DNA of 64,000 nt from contig CAWDSK010000006.1 in assembly GCA_963804995.1 (NCBI GenBank), forward strand, positions 1,568,001 through 1,632,000, in the 5' to 3' direction. The DNA is from an uncultured Acidobacteriota bacterium. Lineage in GTDB: Bacteria > Acidobacteriota > Terriglobia > UBA7540. Position 1 is the first letter of the stretch, and each line of letters opens with the position of its first letter. The position numbers and the translations under genes were made by a program. Below the pieces are notes generated by a model. That model was not told where the DNA came from and did no database searches. It was given only the letters and a program-made list of their open reading frames with translations. Below are positions 1 through 9,939 of this stretch, piece after piece.

Positions 1-844
1 GGTGGTGCGCCAGTTGTAATAGGCCATCCATCCACCCGTTGCCGCCAGCAGAAGACCGAGCGGCAACACGATCCGCAGAAATGAATACGGGAGCGGTGGG
101 CCCTTCTTTCCCAGCATCCAGGCGAAGAGTGCAAAAGCCACGGGCAAACACAAAAATACACTCTCGTAGGGACGGGTATTGGCCAAAATAGCCAGACCCC
201 CGCCCATGATGAGGGCGTACTTCGTTTGCCGGTACCGCTTGAGCCGGGGCAGGCTGCCCAGAACCAAGGCCCCCCCGATTGCCGCCAGAGCGCCCAGGCA
301 GTAAGAGTTTGCCCAATAGCTGAAAGTGCCAAGGCGTATAACGGCTAGCAACCCACCCAGCAGAGCCCAACCCGCCGGCAACCAGCCTTGCAACATCCAG
401 CAAATCGCTGCGCACATCACGCCTGCGCAAAGCCACACACCCACATAGGGGTGCCCGAGCACCTGCCCCAACGCCAGAACCAGGCCCTGGGCAGGATAGA
501 ACAACCCCCCATACGTGGGCTTTTGGTTAATGTGGAAGGTCTCAAAGTGCATCCACATCGGGTGAGTCGGATTCGCCAGGCGGCCGTGTGCGTACGTGTC
601 ACCCATCAACAGGTAGGTAAACTCATCGTGGATGCCGGGTTGCGGAACTGGCAGGTTGGGCAGCACGGCGGCGCGAATTGCCAGACATAGAACGCCCACC
701 ACGACAACCGAAAGGGCGCGCCTCCGTGCCAAGCGGCCAAATTGATTTTCCGTCGCTTGGAGCCACCCGGAGGGGAAGCTGGGGAGGAAATGCGAGTGCC
801 AGGATCAATAACGCGACCAACCCATACTCGATGAAAAAGAACAT
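1..844 (-). CDS. Multi-pass membrane protein, putative GT-C-type glycosyltransferase; runs off the window start; apparent 1-bp frameshift near 790
   Basis: ATG at 844 reads MFFFIEYGLVALLILALAF. After one extra base the frame continues LPSFPSGW...PVPQPGIHDEFTYLLMGDTYAHGRLANPTHPMWMHFETFH and reads hydrophobic helices through to base 1. Acidic HDE loop after the first helices is typical of GT-C enzymes. Confidence 0.65.
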
Positions 845-1316
845 ACTTGTCGTGCCCAGACTTAAGCCACCCGGGGAAAAGTGCCTGCTTCTCCTTCCAA
901 ATCTTCCCGAACGGCCACGTTGGGTTGACTCCCTCGAATTTAAGCTCTGACGGCAATCACGCCGCTAATAGGGAGCAGTTTAGCACGAAGTCTCAGCCGT
1001 CACCAATTTGCGCACCCACGCTGGTTCCCCCTGTGCCATGCGGCCGGCCGCGGGGCATTAAAGGCAGAGATTGAGTGTCCCGTCGCACCGCTCCGGGCAA
1101 GCACTTACCTGTGCGCAGGGCAAGTTGGTGCACGGCAAGATGGCTGTGTGCTGATGATTTCTGTGATAACATCCTGCAACTGCCTCCGGCCTCAGCATGT
1201 AGTTTGTACAGGACGCGAATTACGCGCCTGTCCTTCAGGCGCGCCGCCCGGTCGCAGGATTGCGGCCCTGCTGTCTCGAACGGGGGAGGCAAGCCAACCA
1301 CTGGAGAGGGGTACAA

Positions 1317-2072
1317 ATGGAACAGACGACGGAACCCACAGGACTGCGGGGAAAAACTGAAAACTCACGGATAATAACCATCCTCCTGGTTGCCCTCTAT
1401 CTGATGGTTGGAGTGTTGATCGGATGGACCGTTACCAGCGAGCTGAGGAAGCCCGCACCGTTTCCAATCGACCAGGTCGAAGCGTATGCAGGGTGGTACT
1501 ACCGGAATCAAAAAACCACTTTCGAAAACACCTATTGGCGTGGCGTCCGAATTGACAAGTGTCCCTTGGATGCCTGGGTCTACCAGGAATTGATTTACGA
1601 GATCAAGCCCGATGTGCTGGTCGAAACCGGAACCTTGTTTGGCGGCAGCGCCTACTTTTATGCCACCCTGTTTGACTTGCTGAACCACGGCAGGGTTATC
1701 ACTGTTGATATCCTTGAGCAACCCGGCAGGCCGCAGCATCCCAGAATTACATATCTGCTGGGATCTTCGACCTCCGAGGAAATCTTACAGCAGATCAAAC
1801 AGTCGATTCGGCCGGGCGAGAAAGTTATGGTCTCGCTCGACTCTGATCACCACAAGGCCCACGTGCTCAAGGAATTGGCGCTCTACCACGATCTGGTGAC
1901 GGTGGGGAGTTACCTGGTGGTCGAAGACACGCGGCCAGATCCGAACTACCCAGCCGCTTGGGATGCCTTGCGCGAGTTCCTGAGGACAAACTCCGATTTC
2001 GTTCCTGATAAGAGCCGCGAAAAGTTTGGCTTTACCGTGTTTCCAAATGGATGGCTCAAGCGAATACGGTAA
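1317..2072 (+). CDS. CmcI/cephalosporin hydroxylase family SAM-dependent methyltransferase with N-terminal TM anchor
   Basis: Motifs W.GV.I.KCPLD.WVYQELIYEIKPD..VETGT..GGSA, VSLDSDH...HVL.EL and GSYLVVEDT; GGAGAGG RBS-like sequence before ATG 1317. Confidence 0.85.
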   Translation: MEQTTEPTGLRGKTENSRIITILLVALYLMVGVLIGWTVTSELRKPAPFPIDQVEAYAGWYYRNQKTTFENTYWRGVRIDKCPLDAWVYQELIYEIKPDVLVETGTLFGGSAYFYATLFDLLNHGRVITVDILEQPGRPQHPRITYLLGSSTSEEILQQIKQSIRPGEKVMVSLDSDHHKAHVLKELALYHDLVTVGSYLVVEDTRPDPNYPAAWDALREFLRTNSDFVPDKSREKFGFTVFPNGWLKRIR

Positions 2073-3748
2073 TGACTACGGACCTCCCAATTTCGGGACA
2101 GCAGGAAACGCACCGGCCTGAGATCTCCGCGGAAAATGTGCGCTCCACACTCACCCGGCGCTCGCGTTGGTGGTTTTGGGGGGCAATGGCGTTGGCCTTT
2201 CTGCGAGTGCTACCGGCGCTGCGCTTTCCGATTGGGCGTGACGAGGCTACCTACGCCGTTATCGGTCAGGGCTTGCTGCGCGGTCAACTCCTCTACCGCG
2301 ACCTTTGGGACAATAAACCACCCGGCATCTTCTATATCTACGCGGTCATCGTGAAGATTTTCGGCCCGGTGATGTGGTCAATCGGAGTTGTCGACATTCT
2401 CTGGGTAATCGCGATCTCCCTCTGCATCTTCTTCTTTGCCAAGCGGTACTTGGGCGCGCCGGCCGCTGCTGTTTCCGTGGTCTTCAACGTGGTTTGGCAC
2501 TCATCGTGGGGTTACATTCACGCCGCGCAGCCGGACGATTTCCTGACCTTGTTCGTGTTCCTCGCATACTTCATCTTGATGTCGGAAAAAGCGCGGACCT
2601 GGACGGTCAACTTTGCCGCGGGCCTGGTGTGCGGTGCGGCATTCTGGGTAAAGTACAACGGTGCGCCGTTCTTCCCGGTATTGACCTTCCTGCCTTATCT
2701 CGACTTCAGCCGCTTTGACGAGCTGCCGCGGCGGGTGCGCTTGACCATTCCCTGGCCGCTATGGTTCAAACGTACGCTGGCCGTCGTGGCCGGCTTCGTG
2801 CTCGTGCTCCTCGCCGTCATTGTTTACTTCTGGGCCGTGGGCGCGTTGCCTGCCCTGATGGAGGTGCAATTCGAAGTTCTGCCGCGCTATGGGTCAATCT
2901 TCCTCGAACATATGCCGCGCTACTATTACTTTGCCATCGCCTTGACTCGCCTGCATCTGGGAGCGTGGACCGAGGCTGCCTTCGGAGCAACTTTGCTGGT
3001 TGCCTGGTGGCGGCGGCAACTGCGTGTCGTCGCGCCCGTGCTGCTGATGGCCATCGCGGGGTTTATCTGCACGGCCTCGCAGATTCGATTCAGCTCCTAC
3101 GCTTTTGAATCGGCCTTCCCTTTCTTCGCCATGCTCTGGGGGTACTTGACCGTTCAACTTTACGAGGGCTTTGTCTACCTGCGTGGTTTCTTCAACCGCC
3201 GGGGGTGGCGTTTGGCGAGTATCCTTTTGTGGCTGGTGGCGGCGGAGGTGGTCTACTACCCGCTTCCGGAGTACGCGTTTAGCATCGGGGAAGATTACCG
3301 GGCCCTGGCGGACTGGGTGCATAACCCGCAACTATCATACGAAAATTATCTTTTCCCCCATCCCCTTGAGAAGCTGCATGACCAGTTGGCAATTATCAAC
3401 TATGTGGAAAAGAATTCGGCGCCGGGGGAGGGAGTCTTTGTGTGGGGCACGGCTCCGCTGATTAATTTTCTGACGCAGCGTCCAAACCCCAGCCGTTTTG
3501 TCTCCAACTTTGCGCTGATTTCTCCCTGGGGACCGGCGCGCTGGCGACAGGAATTGATCGGAGAATTGCACCGGAAGCCGCCACGATTCATCGTCGTAGC
3601 GCGTCACGATAACATCCCCGTGGTGACGCTTACGAATGATGATTCCGAGCAATGCCTGAAAAAGTACCCCGCCCTGGCTGCGTTGATTGCGGAGGGTTAC
3701 GAAACGGCCGAAGACCTGCAGGATTTTGAGGTTTACCAAGTTAAATGA
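2072..3748 (+). CDS. Glycosyltransferase family 39 / ArnT-like GT-C membrane protein (paralog 1)
   Basis: IGRDEATY...LYRDLWDNKPPGIFYIY motif, many TM helices, TAATG coupling with the upstream gene. Confidence 0.8.
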   Translation: MTTDLPISGQQETHRPEISAENVRSTLTRRSRWWFWGAMALAFLRVLPALRFPIGRDEATYAVIGQGLLRGQLLYRDLWDNKPPGIFYIYAVIVKIFGPVMWSIGVVDILWVIAISLCIFFFAKRYLGAPAAAVSVVFNVVWHSSWGYIHAAQPDDFLTLFVFLAYFILMSEKARTWTVNFAAGLVCGAAFWVKYNGAPFFPVLTFLPYLDFSRFDELPRRVRLTIPWPLWFKRTLAVVAGFVLVLLAVIVYFWAVGALPALMEVQFEVLPRYGSIFLEHMPRYYYFAIALTRLHLGAWTEAAFGATLLVAWWRRQLRVVAPVLLMAIAGFICTASQIRFSSYAFESAFPFFAMLWGYLTVQLYEGFVYLRGFFNRRGWRLASILLWLVAAEVVYYPLPEYAFSIGEDYRALADWVHNPQLSYENYLFPHPLEKLHDQLAIINYVEKNSAPGEGVFVWGTAPLINFLTQRPNPSRFVSNFALISPWGPARWRQELIGELHRKPPRFIVVARHDNIPVVTLTNDDSEQCLKKYPALAALIAEGYETAEDLQDFEVYQVK

Positions 3749-5475
3749 CGGTTGCTTCCATACCCAAGCCCCAGCCCGGACGCGCCTGGTTACTTGCCGG
3801 GCTGGTGGTGGTTTTCCTGCGAGCGCTTCCCAACCTGCGCTTCCCTATCGGACGTGACCAAGCCACCTACTGCGTAATCGGGCAGGGTCTGCTGCACGGG
3901 CAACTGCTTTATCGTGACCTTTGGGATAACAAACCTCCCGGAATTTTTTATATTTACGCGCTGATCGTAAAGATTTTCGGGCCGGTGATGTGGTGCGTGG
4001 GAGCCGTGGATATCCTTTGGCTGCTGGTCATCTCCTGCTGCATTTTCTATTTCGCCCGCCGTTATATGGGCGCCCCGGCCGCGGCCCTGGCGATGGTCTT
4101 CAATGCTGTGCGGCACTGCCGGCAAGGGTACATCCACGCTGCGCAGCCCGAGACGTTCTTGATGCTCTGTGTGTTCGCGGCCTATTTTCTGTTGCAGGAA
4201 AGAGAACCCTCACCGGCCCTTGCGCCCCGGGCGCTCTCCCCCCAAGAGGGAGAAGTAGGGGCAAGCCATGGCGTGCCCTTACGACCATCCTCTCATCAAG
4301 AGTACGGGCAAGTTTGGACCCTGCGAATGGCGCGATGCTTTGCGGCGGGGATGATCCTGGGCGCGGGGTTTTGGCTGAAATACAACGCCGTGGCGTTTTT
4401 CCCTTTCGTCGCCCTGGTGCCGTTTTTGGATGTCCGGGAGTTGGATGAGGGCCTGGGCCGCGTCCGCCTGGCAATCCCCTGGGGGGACTGGTTCAGGCGC
4501 ATGCTGGTGGTGGGCGCGGGCTTCGTTTTCGCGGTCGCCGGGGTCCTGGCCTATTTCCGGGTTTCGGGCGCCTGGCCGGCTTTGATGGAAGTGCAGTTTG
4601 AAGTGCTGCCGCGCTACGGCGCCATGGTCTTTCATTGGGACCTCGCCTTCCTCCTTTGGGCTATCCGGCAAAGCCAATTCCACCTGGGATTCTTTGCCGA
4701 AATCATGGCGGCGCTCACTTTGTTGATCGGCTGGAGGCGCCGCGAGATGACCTGGGTCGCGCCCGCATTATTGCTGGGGTTCGCCGGATATGTTGCCGCC
4801 GCCATGCAGGGGCGTTTCCATGCCTATTATTTCGAAACGTGCTATCCCTTCTTTTCGATGTTCTGGGGATATGTGTGCGTCAAGACATACGAAGGCTTCA
4901 AATACCTTCGGCAGGTATTCGCTCGAAGGCAATGGGGCATGGCCCGCGCCCTGTTGTGGGTACTGCTGGCCTGCCTCGGCTCATCCTTGTTTCCGGAAGA
5001 GAGCATCCGGGTCGCCCAGCAATATCATTTCCTGGCGGACTGGTGGCGAAACCCGGAGATGTCCTACATCGTTTACTGGTGGCAACTCCCGCTTGATAAG
5101 CTCTCGGGGCAACTGCGGGTCATCCACTATCTCAAAGAAAACTCCAGCCCCGAGGATGAGGTTTACGTGTGGGGAACTGCTCCGCTCATTAATTTCTTGT
5201 CGCAGCGGAGGAATCCCAGCCGTTTCGTTTCCAACCTGGCGCTGATCTCCACCTGGGGGCCCCCCCGCTGGCGCCAGGAACTGGTTCGTACTCTGGAAAC
5301 GAAGCGCCCGCGCTATATCGTGGTGGCGCGCAACGACTCCATCCCCAGCGTTTCCTATACCCTCATGGACTCGGAACAATACCTCCAGGTCTATCCCGCC
5401 TTGCGTGACCTTTTGGATCGCCAATACCAGGTGGGCGTTAACTTCTGGGAATTCGAGGTTTATCAACGGAAATAG
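3745..5475 (+). CDS. Glycosyltransferase family 39 / ArnT-like GT-C membrane protein (paralog 2), with an in-frame REP-derived insert
   Basis: IGRDQATY...LYRDLWDNKPPG; colinear with 2072..3748; ATGA overlap; about 37-aa insert at ~4200-4320. Confidence 0.8.
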   Translation: MTVASIPKPQPGRAWLLAGLVVVFLRALPNLRFPIGRDQATYCVIGQGLLHGQLLYRDLWDNKPPGIFYIYALIVKIFGPVMWCVGAVDILWLLVISCCIFYFARRYMGAPAAALAMVFNAVRHCRQGYIHAAQPETFLMLCVFAAYFLLQEREPSPALAPRALSPQEGEVGASHGVPLRPSSHQEYGQVWTLRMARCFAAGMILGAGFWLKYNAVAFFPFVALVPFLDVRELDEGLGRVRLAIPWGDWFRRMLVVGAGFVFAVAGVLAYFRVSGAWPALMEVQFEVLPRYGAMVFHWDLAFLLWAIRQSQFHLGFFAEIMAALTLLIGWRRREMTWVAPALLLGFAGYVAAAMQGRFHAYYFETCYPFFSMFWGYVCVKTYEGFKYLRQVFARRQWGMARALLWVLLACLGSSLFPEESIRVAQQYHFLADWWRNPEMSYIVYWWQLPLDKLSGQLRVIHYLKENSSPEDEVYVWGTAPLINFLSQRRNPSRFVSNLALISTWGPPRWRQELVRTLETKRPRYIVVARNDSIPSVSYTLMDSEQYLQVYPALRDLLDRQYQVGVNFWEFEVYQRK

Positions 5476-5492
5476 GGAAGAGCTTACAGATC

Positions 5493-5604
5493 ACCACCAA
5501 GACACCAAGGCACCAAGAAAACCCATTCCCAAGGAAAAGGAAAGAAAAGGGAAAGAAGAATGAACCACCAAGACACCAAGGCACCGAGAGAGCCCATTCC
5601 CAGG
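5493..5604 (+). repeat. Left arm of long inverted repeat around the GxxExxY gene (units beginning ACCACCAAGACACCAAGGCACC, period ~72 bp)
   Basis: Two units here; reverse-complement match to 6998-7147. Confidence 0.85.
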
Positions 5605-6995
5605 GAAACGGATGAGGTTGCTACGAAAGTCGTCGATGCGGCATTTGCGGTGCATTCGGCGCTCGGCCCGGGCCTGCTGGAGAGCGTCTACGAGATCTGC
5701 CTGGTGCACGAACTGCAAAAGCGTGGGCTGAAAGTGGAACGGCAAGTCTTACTTCCCGTCGTCTACGACAACCTTCACCTCGATGCCGGATTGCGGCTGG
5801 ACCTGGTCGTGGAAAAGCAGGTGATTATGGAACTGAAAGCTGTCGAGACACTGTTGCCGGTTCACACAGCTCAATTGCTCACCTATCTCAAACTTTCCGG
5901 CCATCGGCTAGGTTTGCTAATAAATTTCAATAGCAGCCTCCTCAAGCAAGGGATCCACCGACTAGAGCGGTTTCGATTTAAGTGCTTACATATCCGCAAG
6001 AGGCGAAGAAGTTTGTGCACTCGCTTGGGGAGACCGTATTGAGCAACTCCCCGATTTCCTTCCAGAGGGCCTCGATATCTCGTTTGGCGGCTTTGCGGAG
6101 CCGCGCCTTGAGTTTGGCAAAGAACTTTTCTATCGGGTTCAGATCGGGAGAGTAGGGTGGCAGAAAGAGTACGATGGCTCCGATCGCGGTGATCGCTTCC
6201 TGGACTCCCGCCACCTTGTGACTGCTGAGGTTGTCGAGGATCACGGTGTCTCCGGGTTGGAGCGTTGGGCACAGGAATTGACGCACATAAGCCAGAAACA
6301 TCTCGCCGTCCATCGGCCCGTCGGTGACCATGGGCGCGGTCAATCGGCGGCGGCGCAGGGCGCCCACAAAGGTCGTCGTCTCCCAATGCCCGTGCGGCGC
6401 CGAGTCGAGGCAACGCGTCCCTCTGGGCGCACGCCCGTAGCGGCGCGTCATGCTGGTCGATGTCCACGTTTCATCGATAAACACGAGTTTTTCGACTTCC
6501 ATCGTGGGCAGTGCTTGCCGCCACGCTCGGCGCGCCTGCTGCACGTCCTCGCGTTCTTGCTCGCTGGCGTGCAGCGTTTTTTTTGAAGGTAAGATTCCAT
6601 TTGTTCAACTGATGCCACAAGGCGCCGATCTTGATCGATACGCCTTGCTCGACCAGCCGTGCGCATAACTGGGCCAAGCTCAGACCCGGCTCCTGTTCGA
6701 TCCAGGCGCGCAGCACGGCCTCCATCTCCGCGACCCGCGAACGGCGATGCCCGCCGATCTGAAAACTGGTGCGGTTGCCCGTTTTCTGCTCCCGTCCCCG
6801 AACCTGGTAAACCCAGACGCGACTGACTTCCAGCCGCCGCGCAATCGCCGTCGGACGTTCACCGCGATCCAATGCCCATAACACCCGATCCCGCAAGTCC
6901 TGTGAATAAGATTGCATCCTTGCCTCCCCTCTACCGGCAGAGGCATCATAGCACATAATGTATACACTTAAATTAAAAACGCTCTAGCCTTGTGA
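5560..6995 (+). CDS. GxxExxY protein (PD-(D/E)XK-like); last codons displaced by IS630
   Basis: LGPGLLESVYE, RLDLVVE..VIMELKAV and AQLLTYLK...LGLLINF motifs. Removing the IS restores ...GIHRLAL* with TGA at 6993-6995; as it stands the frame reads into the IS to 6042. Confidence 0.88.
5963..6986 (-). mobile_element. IS630-family insertion sequence with TA target duplication
   Basis: Ends TAGAGCGGTTTCGATTTAAGTG and rc TAGAGCGTTTTTAATTTAAGTG (19/22 identical); inserted in CTAG. Confidence 0.92.
5978..6917 (-). CDS. IS630 transposase, two ORFs joined by probable -1 frameshift at an A8 run (6577-6584)
   Basis: HTH ORF MQSYSQDLRDRV...LTFKK; DDE ORF with VFIDET, ILDNLSSHK and LPPYSPDLNPIE. Confidence 0.9.
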
Positions 6996-6997
6996 TT

Positions 6998-7147
6998 CTC
7001 TTGGTATCTTGGTGGTTGATTTTTCTATTTTTTCCCGAGTGAATTGATTTTCTTGGTGCCTTGGTGTCTTGGTGGTTGCTTTTTCTTTCCCTTTTCTTTC
7101 CTTCGCCTTGGGAATAGGTTTTCGTGGTGCTTTGGTGTCTTGGTGGT
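6998..7147 (-). repeat. Right arm of the GxxExxY-associated inverted repeat (two full units and one partial)
   Basis: Repeated CTTGGTG(C/T)CTTGGTGGTT, reverse complement of 5493-5604. Confidence 0.85.
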
Positions 7148-9648
7148 TATATTTCCACCTTGCTGAAAGCGAGAACCACCATTGTGGCCAGGGTGAGCAG
7201 CGAAATAACCAGTCCGGCGCGCAGGCCGCGCTGGTGGTAGTCATAGCGGATCTCGTGACGGCCGGCGTCCGCGTAAACGGCGCGGAAGATTTGGTTGGCG
7301 CGCCAGACGGTGGCAGGGTGACCGTCGATCGTGGCTTCCCAACTGGGATCGTACCGGTCCAGCAGGACGACATAGCCGGGGCGGGAGAGTTGGGCCTGAA
7401 GGGTAACCGAGTAGGGATCGCGATGCACAATTTCGACCTGGCCGGCTGAGCCCTCGCCGCGCACCGTGGGCGCTGAGCCTTCCGGAGCAGCAAGAATCAC
7501 GGTGTTGAGCACGTCAAAATCCCGCGAGGCCAAGTGGTCGAGGGTCGCCGCGGAGTCCGTAGAGAACAACGAAGTGCCTGCCACGTAAGTCCGGGGAACA
7601 AAGCACAGGTCCTCATACAAACGGCTCGGCACGGAGGAGCCATTGAAGACGTTGCCCAGGGGCCGAGTGGCAGCCGTGTCTGCGGGCAGGGGCCGGATGA
7701 TGTACTTCACATTCGTGCGCCCCAGCAGGCAATCGACGCGCAAGGGATTCTCGGCCTGTTGGCTCTGGTAAATTTCGATGTCGTAGAGATAAGGCGGCAG
7801 CGAGCGCTCCAGGTCCAGGTTGATGCTGCCCTCGACTTGGTTAATCATGGAACCGGCGGCGAGCTGGGTCCGGGTCTGGAACGCCCCTTGCGCCATGGGT
7901 GGAAGGTCCGCAGCTTCCGGAACAGAGTCAAAATTGACAAAGGTTTGCAGGTTCTTGGTATCCGGCGTCAGAGTAATGGGCCAGAAGGAAGTGACGCGAT
8001 AGCTTCCGGGTGGGTCCTTGAACTCAGCCAGCACCGGAGGCCGATAGGTGAAAAAGCTTTTGGGTACGGTAGGGTTGGCGTCAGAGTTTACCATGACCAG
8101 TTGGGCCATCGCCAGTAACGCAAACCCATAGAGTCCTGGACGCGCCCACCTTGCCCTTTGCTCAAACCCGACGGCCAGAACAATTCCCCCCAAGCAGAAT
8201 CCGGCCAGGCCAGGCAGTTGGACCTGGAGCGTGGAGACAAGAAATTCCGGCATATGAAGAAGGTTAAATGGGGTTTCCCCGAGGGTGTTCAGCACGTGGC
8301 GGGTGGGCGACTCAATCAGCGTCGGCGCCAGCCAGGCGATGGCCAGGACGAAGACAATGGCGCCCAAGAGGACCTCGAGGGGCACGACCAGCCGCTGTCG
8401 GCGGGCCTTCCAGAGAGTTGTGGGCGAGAGCAGCGCGTCCAGCCCCCAGCCCGCCAGAATCGCCAGAAGGAACGTGACCATGACCAGCAGCTTGACGGGA
8501 TAGCGCACCACCGTCAGGGGCGGTATCAGCAGATACGCCAGGGAGAAGAAAGGTGTGAAGTGGCCAAAGGAAAGCAGCAGGAAAATACCGGCCGCGCCCA
8601 CCAGGAAGTTGCGCCGGCGGTCAGAGCCCAAAGCCCACCCGGCCAGCGCCAGGAAGAGCGGTATGAAGCCCAGGAAGACTGAAAGAAAGTAGGGAACGTT
8701 GCGGTCGGACATCAGCCACAGCCAGCCCGTGGGACCGGCAACGCCGGAGCCGAAGAAGTCCGGTATGATCATTTCCGGCAAGGAAAAGGGATTCACGGCC
8801 CAGTTGGCGGTCTCGCGAAAACGCAAGCCCTGCACGCCTCGACGCGAATGGCTGAGCAGGTCGGAGGCGGGCAGGAACTGGACTGCACAGAGCAATAACA
8901 TTCCAGTGCCCACCAGAAAGAAGATAGTGGCCAACCGGAAATTCGGTTTGGACCAAAGTTTGTTCCAGGCGCCGCAGCGATACATGGCGTAGGCGAACGA
9001 CAGCCCAAACGTCGCCAGCATGGTCAGCGGTTCCCCTGCCAGCCATTGGCAGGAAAAAATGCCAATCAGCAGCACCCACGGCCGGAACCGCCGGCTTTCC
9101 AAAGCCCGGTCGGTGGCGAGCAAGGCCCACGGAATCCAAGCTGCGCAGGCCGATTGATTGTAGAGGTCGCCGAGGGAAAGCACAGGCCCACTGAAGGTAA
9201 AAAAGAAAGCCGCAAAGAAGGCTGCCAGGTAAGTCTGTCCCCACCGGCGCGCCAGCACGTAGACTCCGATACCGGCCAGAGCAAAATGCACGATGAAGTG
9301 CAGCGTGTAGGCGATATCGGCCGGCAGCAGAACAATCAGGAGTGTAAAGGGATAGAAGAAGAGCAGGTTGGGATTGGCCAGCACCGCTTGCCCGTAGTTT
9401 AAATAAGGATTCCAGTAGGGAAGAAACCCCTGGTGGCAAATGTCATGAATGAACCGGGCGCTCGGGTAGGTGTAATTGTAAACGTCGCGATAAAAGAACA
9501 TCACGGAGGTGAAGATCACCCTCCAGAACATGCCGATGAGGCTCAAGACCAGCAGCGCCATCGCGGCCAAGTCACGGCGATTTAGTCGCAAAGGTTGCGG
9601 CGTCGCGTCAGGGGCTTCCGTTGCAGGGTGGGAATTGAGTGTCGCCAT
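7147..9648 (-). CDS. YfhO-family GT-C membrane protein
   Basis: N-terminal FYRD....YP and LPYWNPYLNYGQ..LANP motifs; many TMs; C-terminal GYVVLLDRYDPSWEATIDG...RAN..FRAV domain. Confidence 0.85.
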   Translation of the reverse strand: MATLNSHPATEAPDATPQPLRLNRRDLAAMALLVLSLIGMFWRVIFTSVMFFYRDVYNYTYPSARFIHDICHQGFLPYWNPYLNYGQAVLANPNLLFFYPFTLLIVLLPADIAYTLHFIVHFALAGIGVYVLARRWGQTYLAAFFAAFFFTFSGPVLSLGDLYNQSACAAWIPWALLATDRALESRRFRPWVLLIGIFSCQWLAGEPLTMLATFGLSFAYAMYRCGAWNKLWSKPNFRLATIFFLVGTGMLLLCAVQFLPASDLLSHSRRGVQGLRFRETANWAVNPFSLPEMIIPDFFGSGVAGPTGWLWLMSDRNVPYFLSVFLGFIPLFLALAGWALGSDRRRNFLVGAAGIFLLLSFGHFTPFFSLAYLLIPPLTVVRYPVKLLVMVTFLLAILAGWGLDALLSPTTLWKARRQRLVVPLEVLLGAIVFVLAIAWLAPTLIESPTRHVLNTLGETPFNLLHMPEFLVSTLQVQLPGLAGFCLGGIVLAVGFEQRARWARPGLYGFALLAMAQLVMVNSDANPTVPKSFFTYRPPVLAEFKDPPGSYRVTSFWPITLTPDTKNLQTFVNFDSVPEAADLPPMAQGAFQTRTQLAAGSMINQVEGSINLDLERSLPPYLYDIEIYQSQQAENPLRVDCLLGRTNVKYIIRPLPADTAATRPLGNVFNGSSVPSRLYEDLCFVPRTYVAGTSLFSTDSAATLDHLASRDFDVLNTVILAAPEGSAPTVRGEGSAGQVEIVHRDPYSVTLQAQLSRPGYVVLLDRYDPSWEATIDGHPATVWRANQIFRAVYADAGRHEIRYDYHQRGLRAGLVISLLTLATMVVLAFSKVEI

Positions 9649-9730
9649 CGAGCCTTTAGATGATCGAGTCTAATATAGCACTCCTGACCGCACAATCCTG
9701 CATGGGCAATTTGTTGGGGGGGTAAACAAC

Positions 9731-9939
9731 TAGTGTGGTGTCCCGTGTTAGAGTTGACAATGGGTAGAACCCCCTCACCCGTCTGGCCTCGGCTGATGAG
9801 AACGCCTCGGCCAGCCACCCTCTCCCCCAAAGGGGCGAGGGCAAGGGAATTTACTCTCCCCTCGCCCCTTTGGGGGAGAGGGGATGGGGGGTGAGGGGGT
9901 CGGACAGCCTTGTCAAATATTAACCGGGACACCACACTA
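9731..9939. mobile_element. MITE with IS630-like ends carrying a CCCTCTCCC/GGGAGAGGG palindrome
   Basis: TIR TAGTGTGGTGTCCCG...CGGGACACCACACTA; abuts the stop codon of the 9937..12009 gene. Confidence 0.85.

Noticed and set aside
6577..6584. Sequencing-error frameshift in the IS630 transposase
   Set aside because: A split at an A-run after the HTH region is typical programmed frameshifting in IS630.
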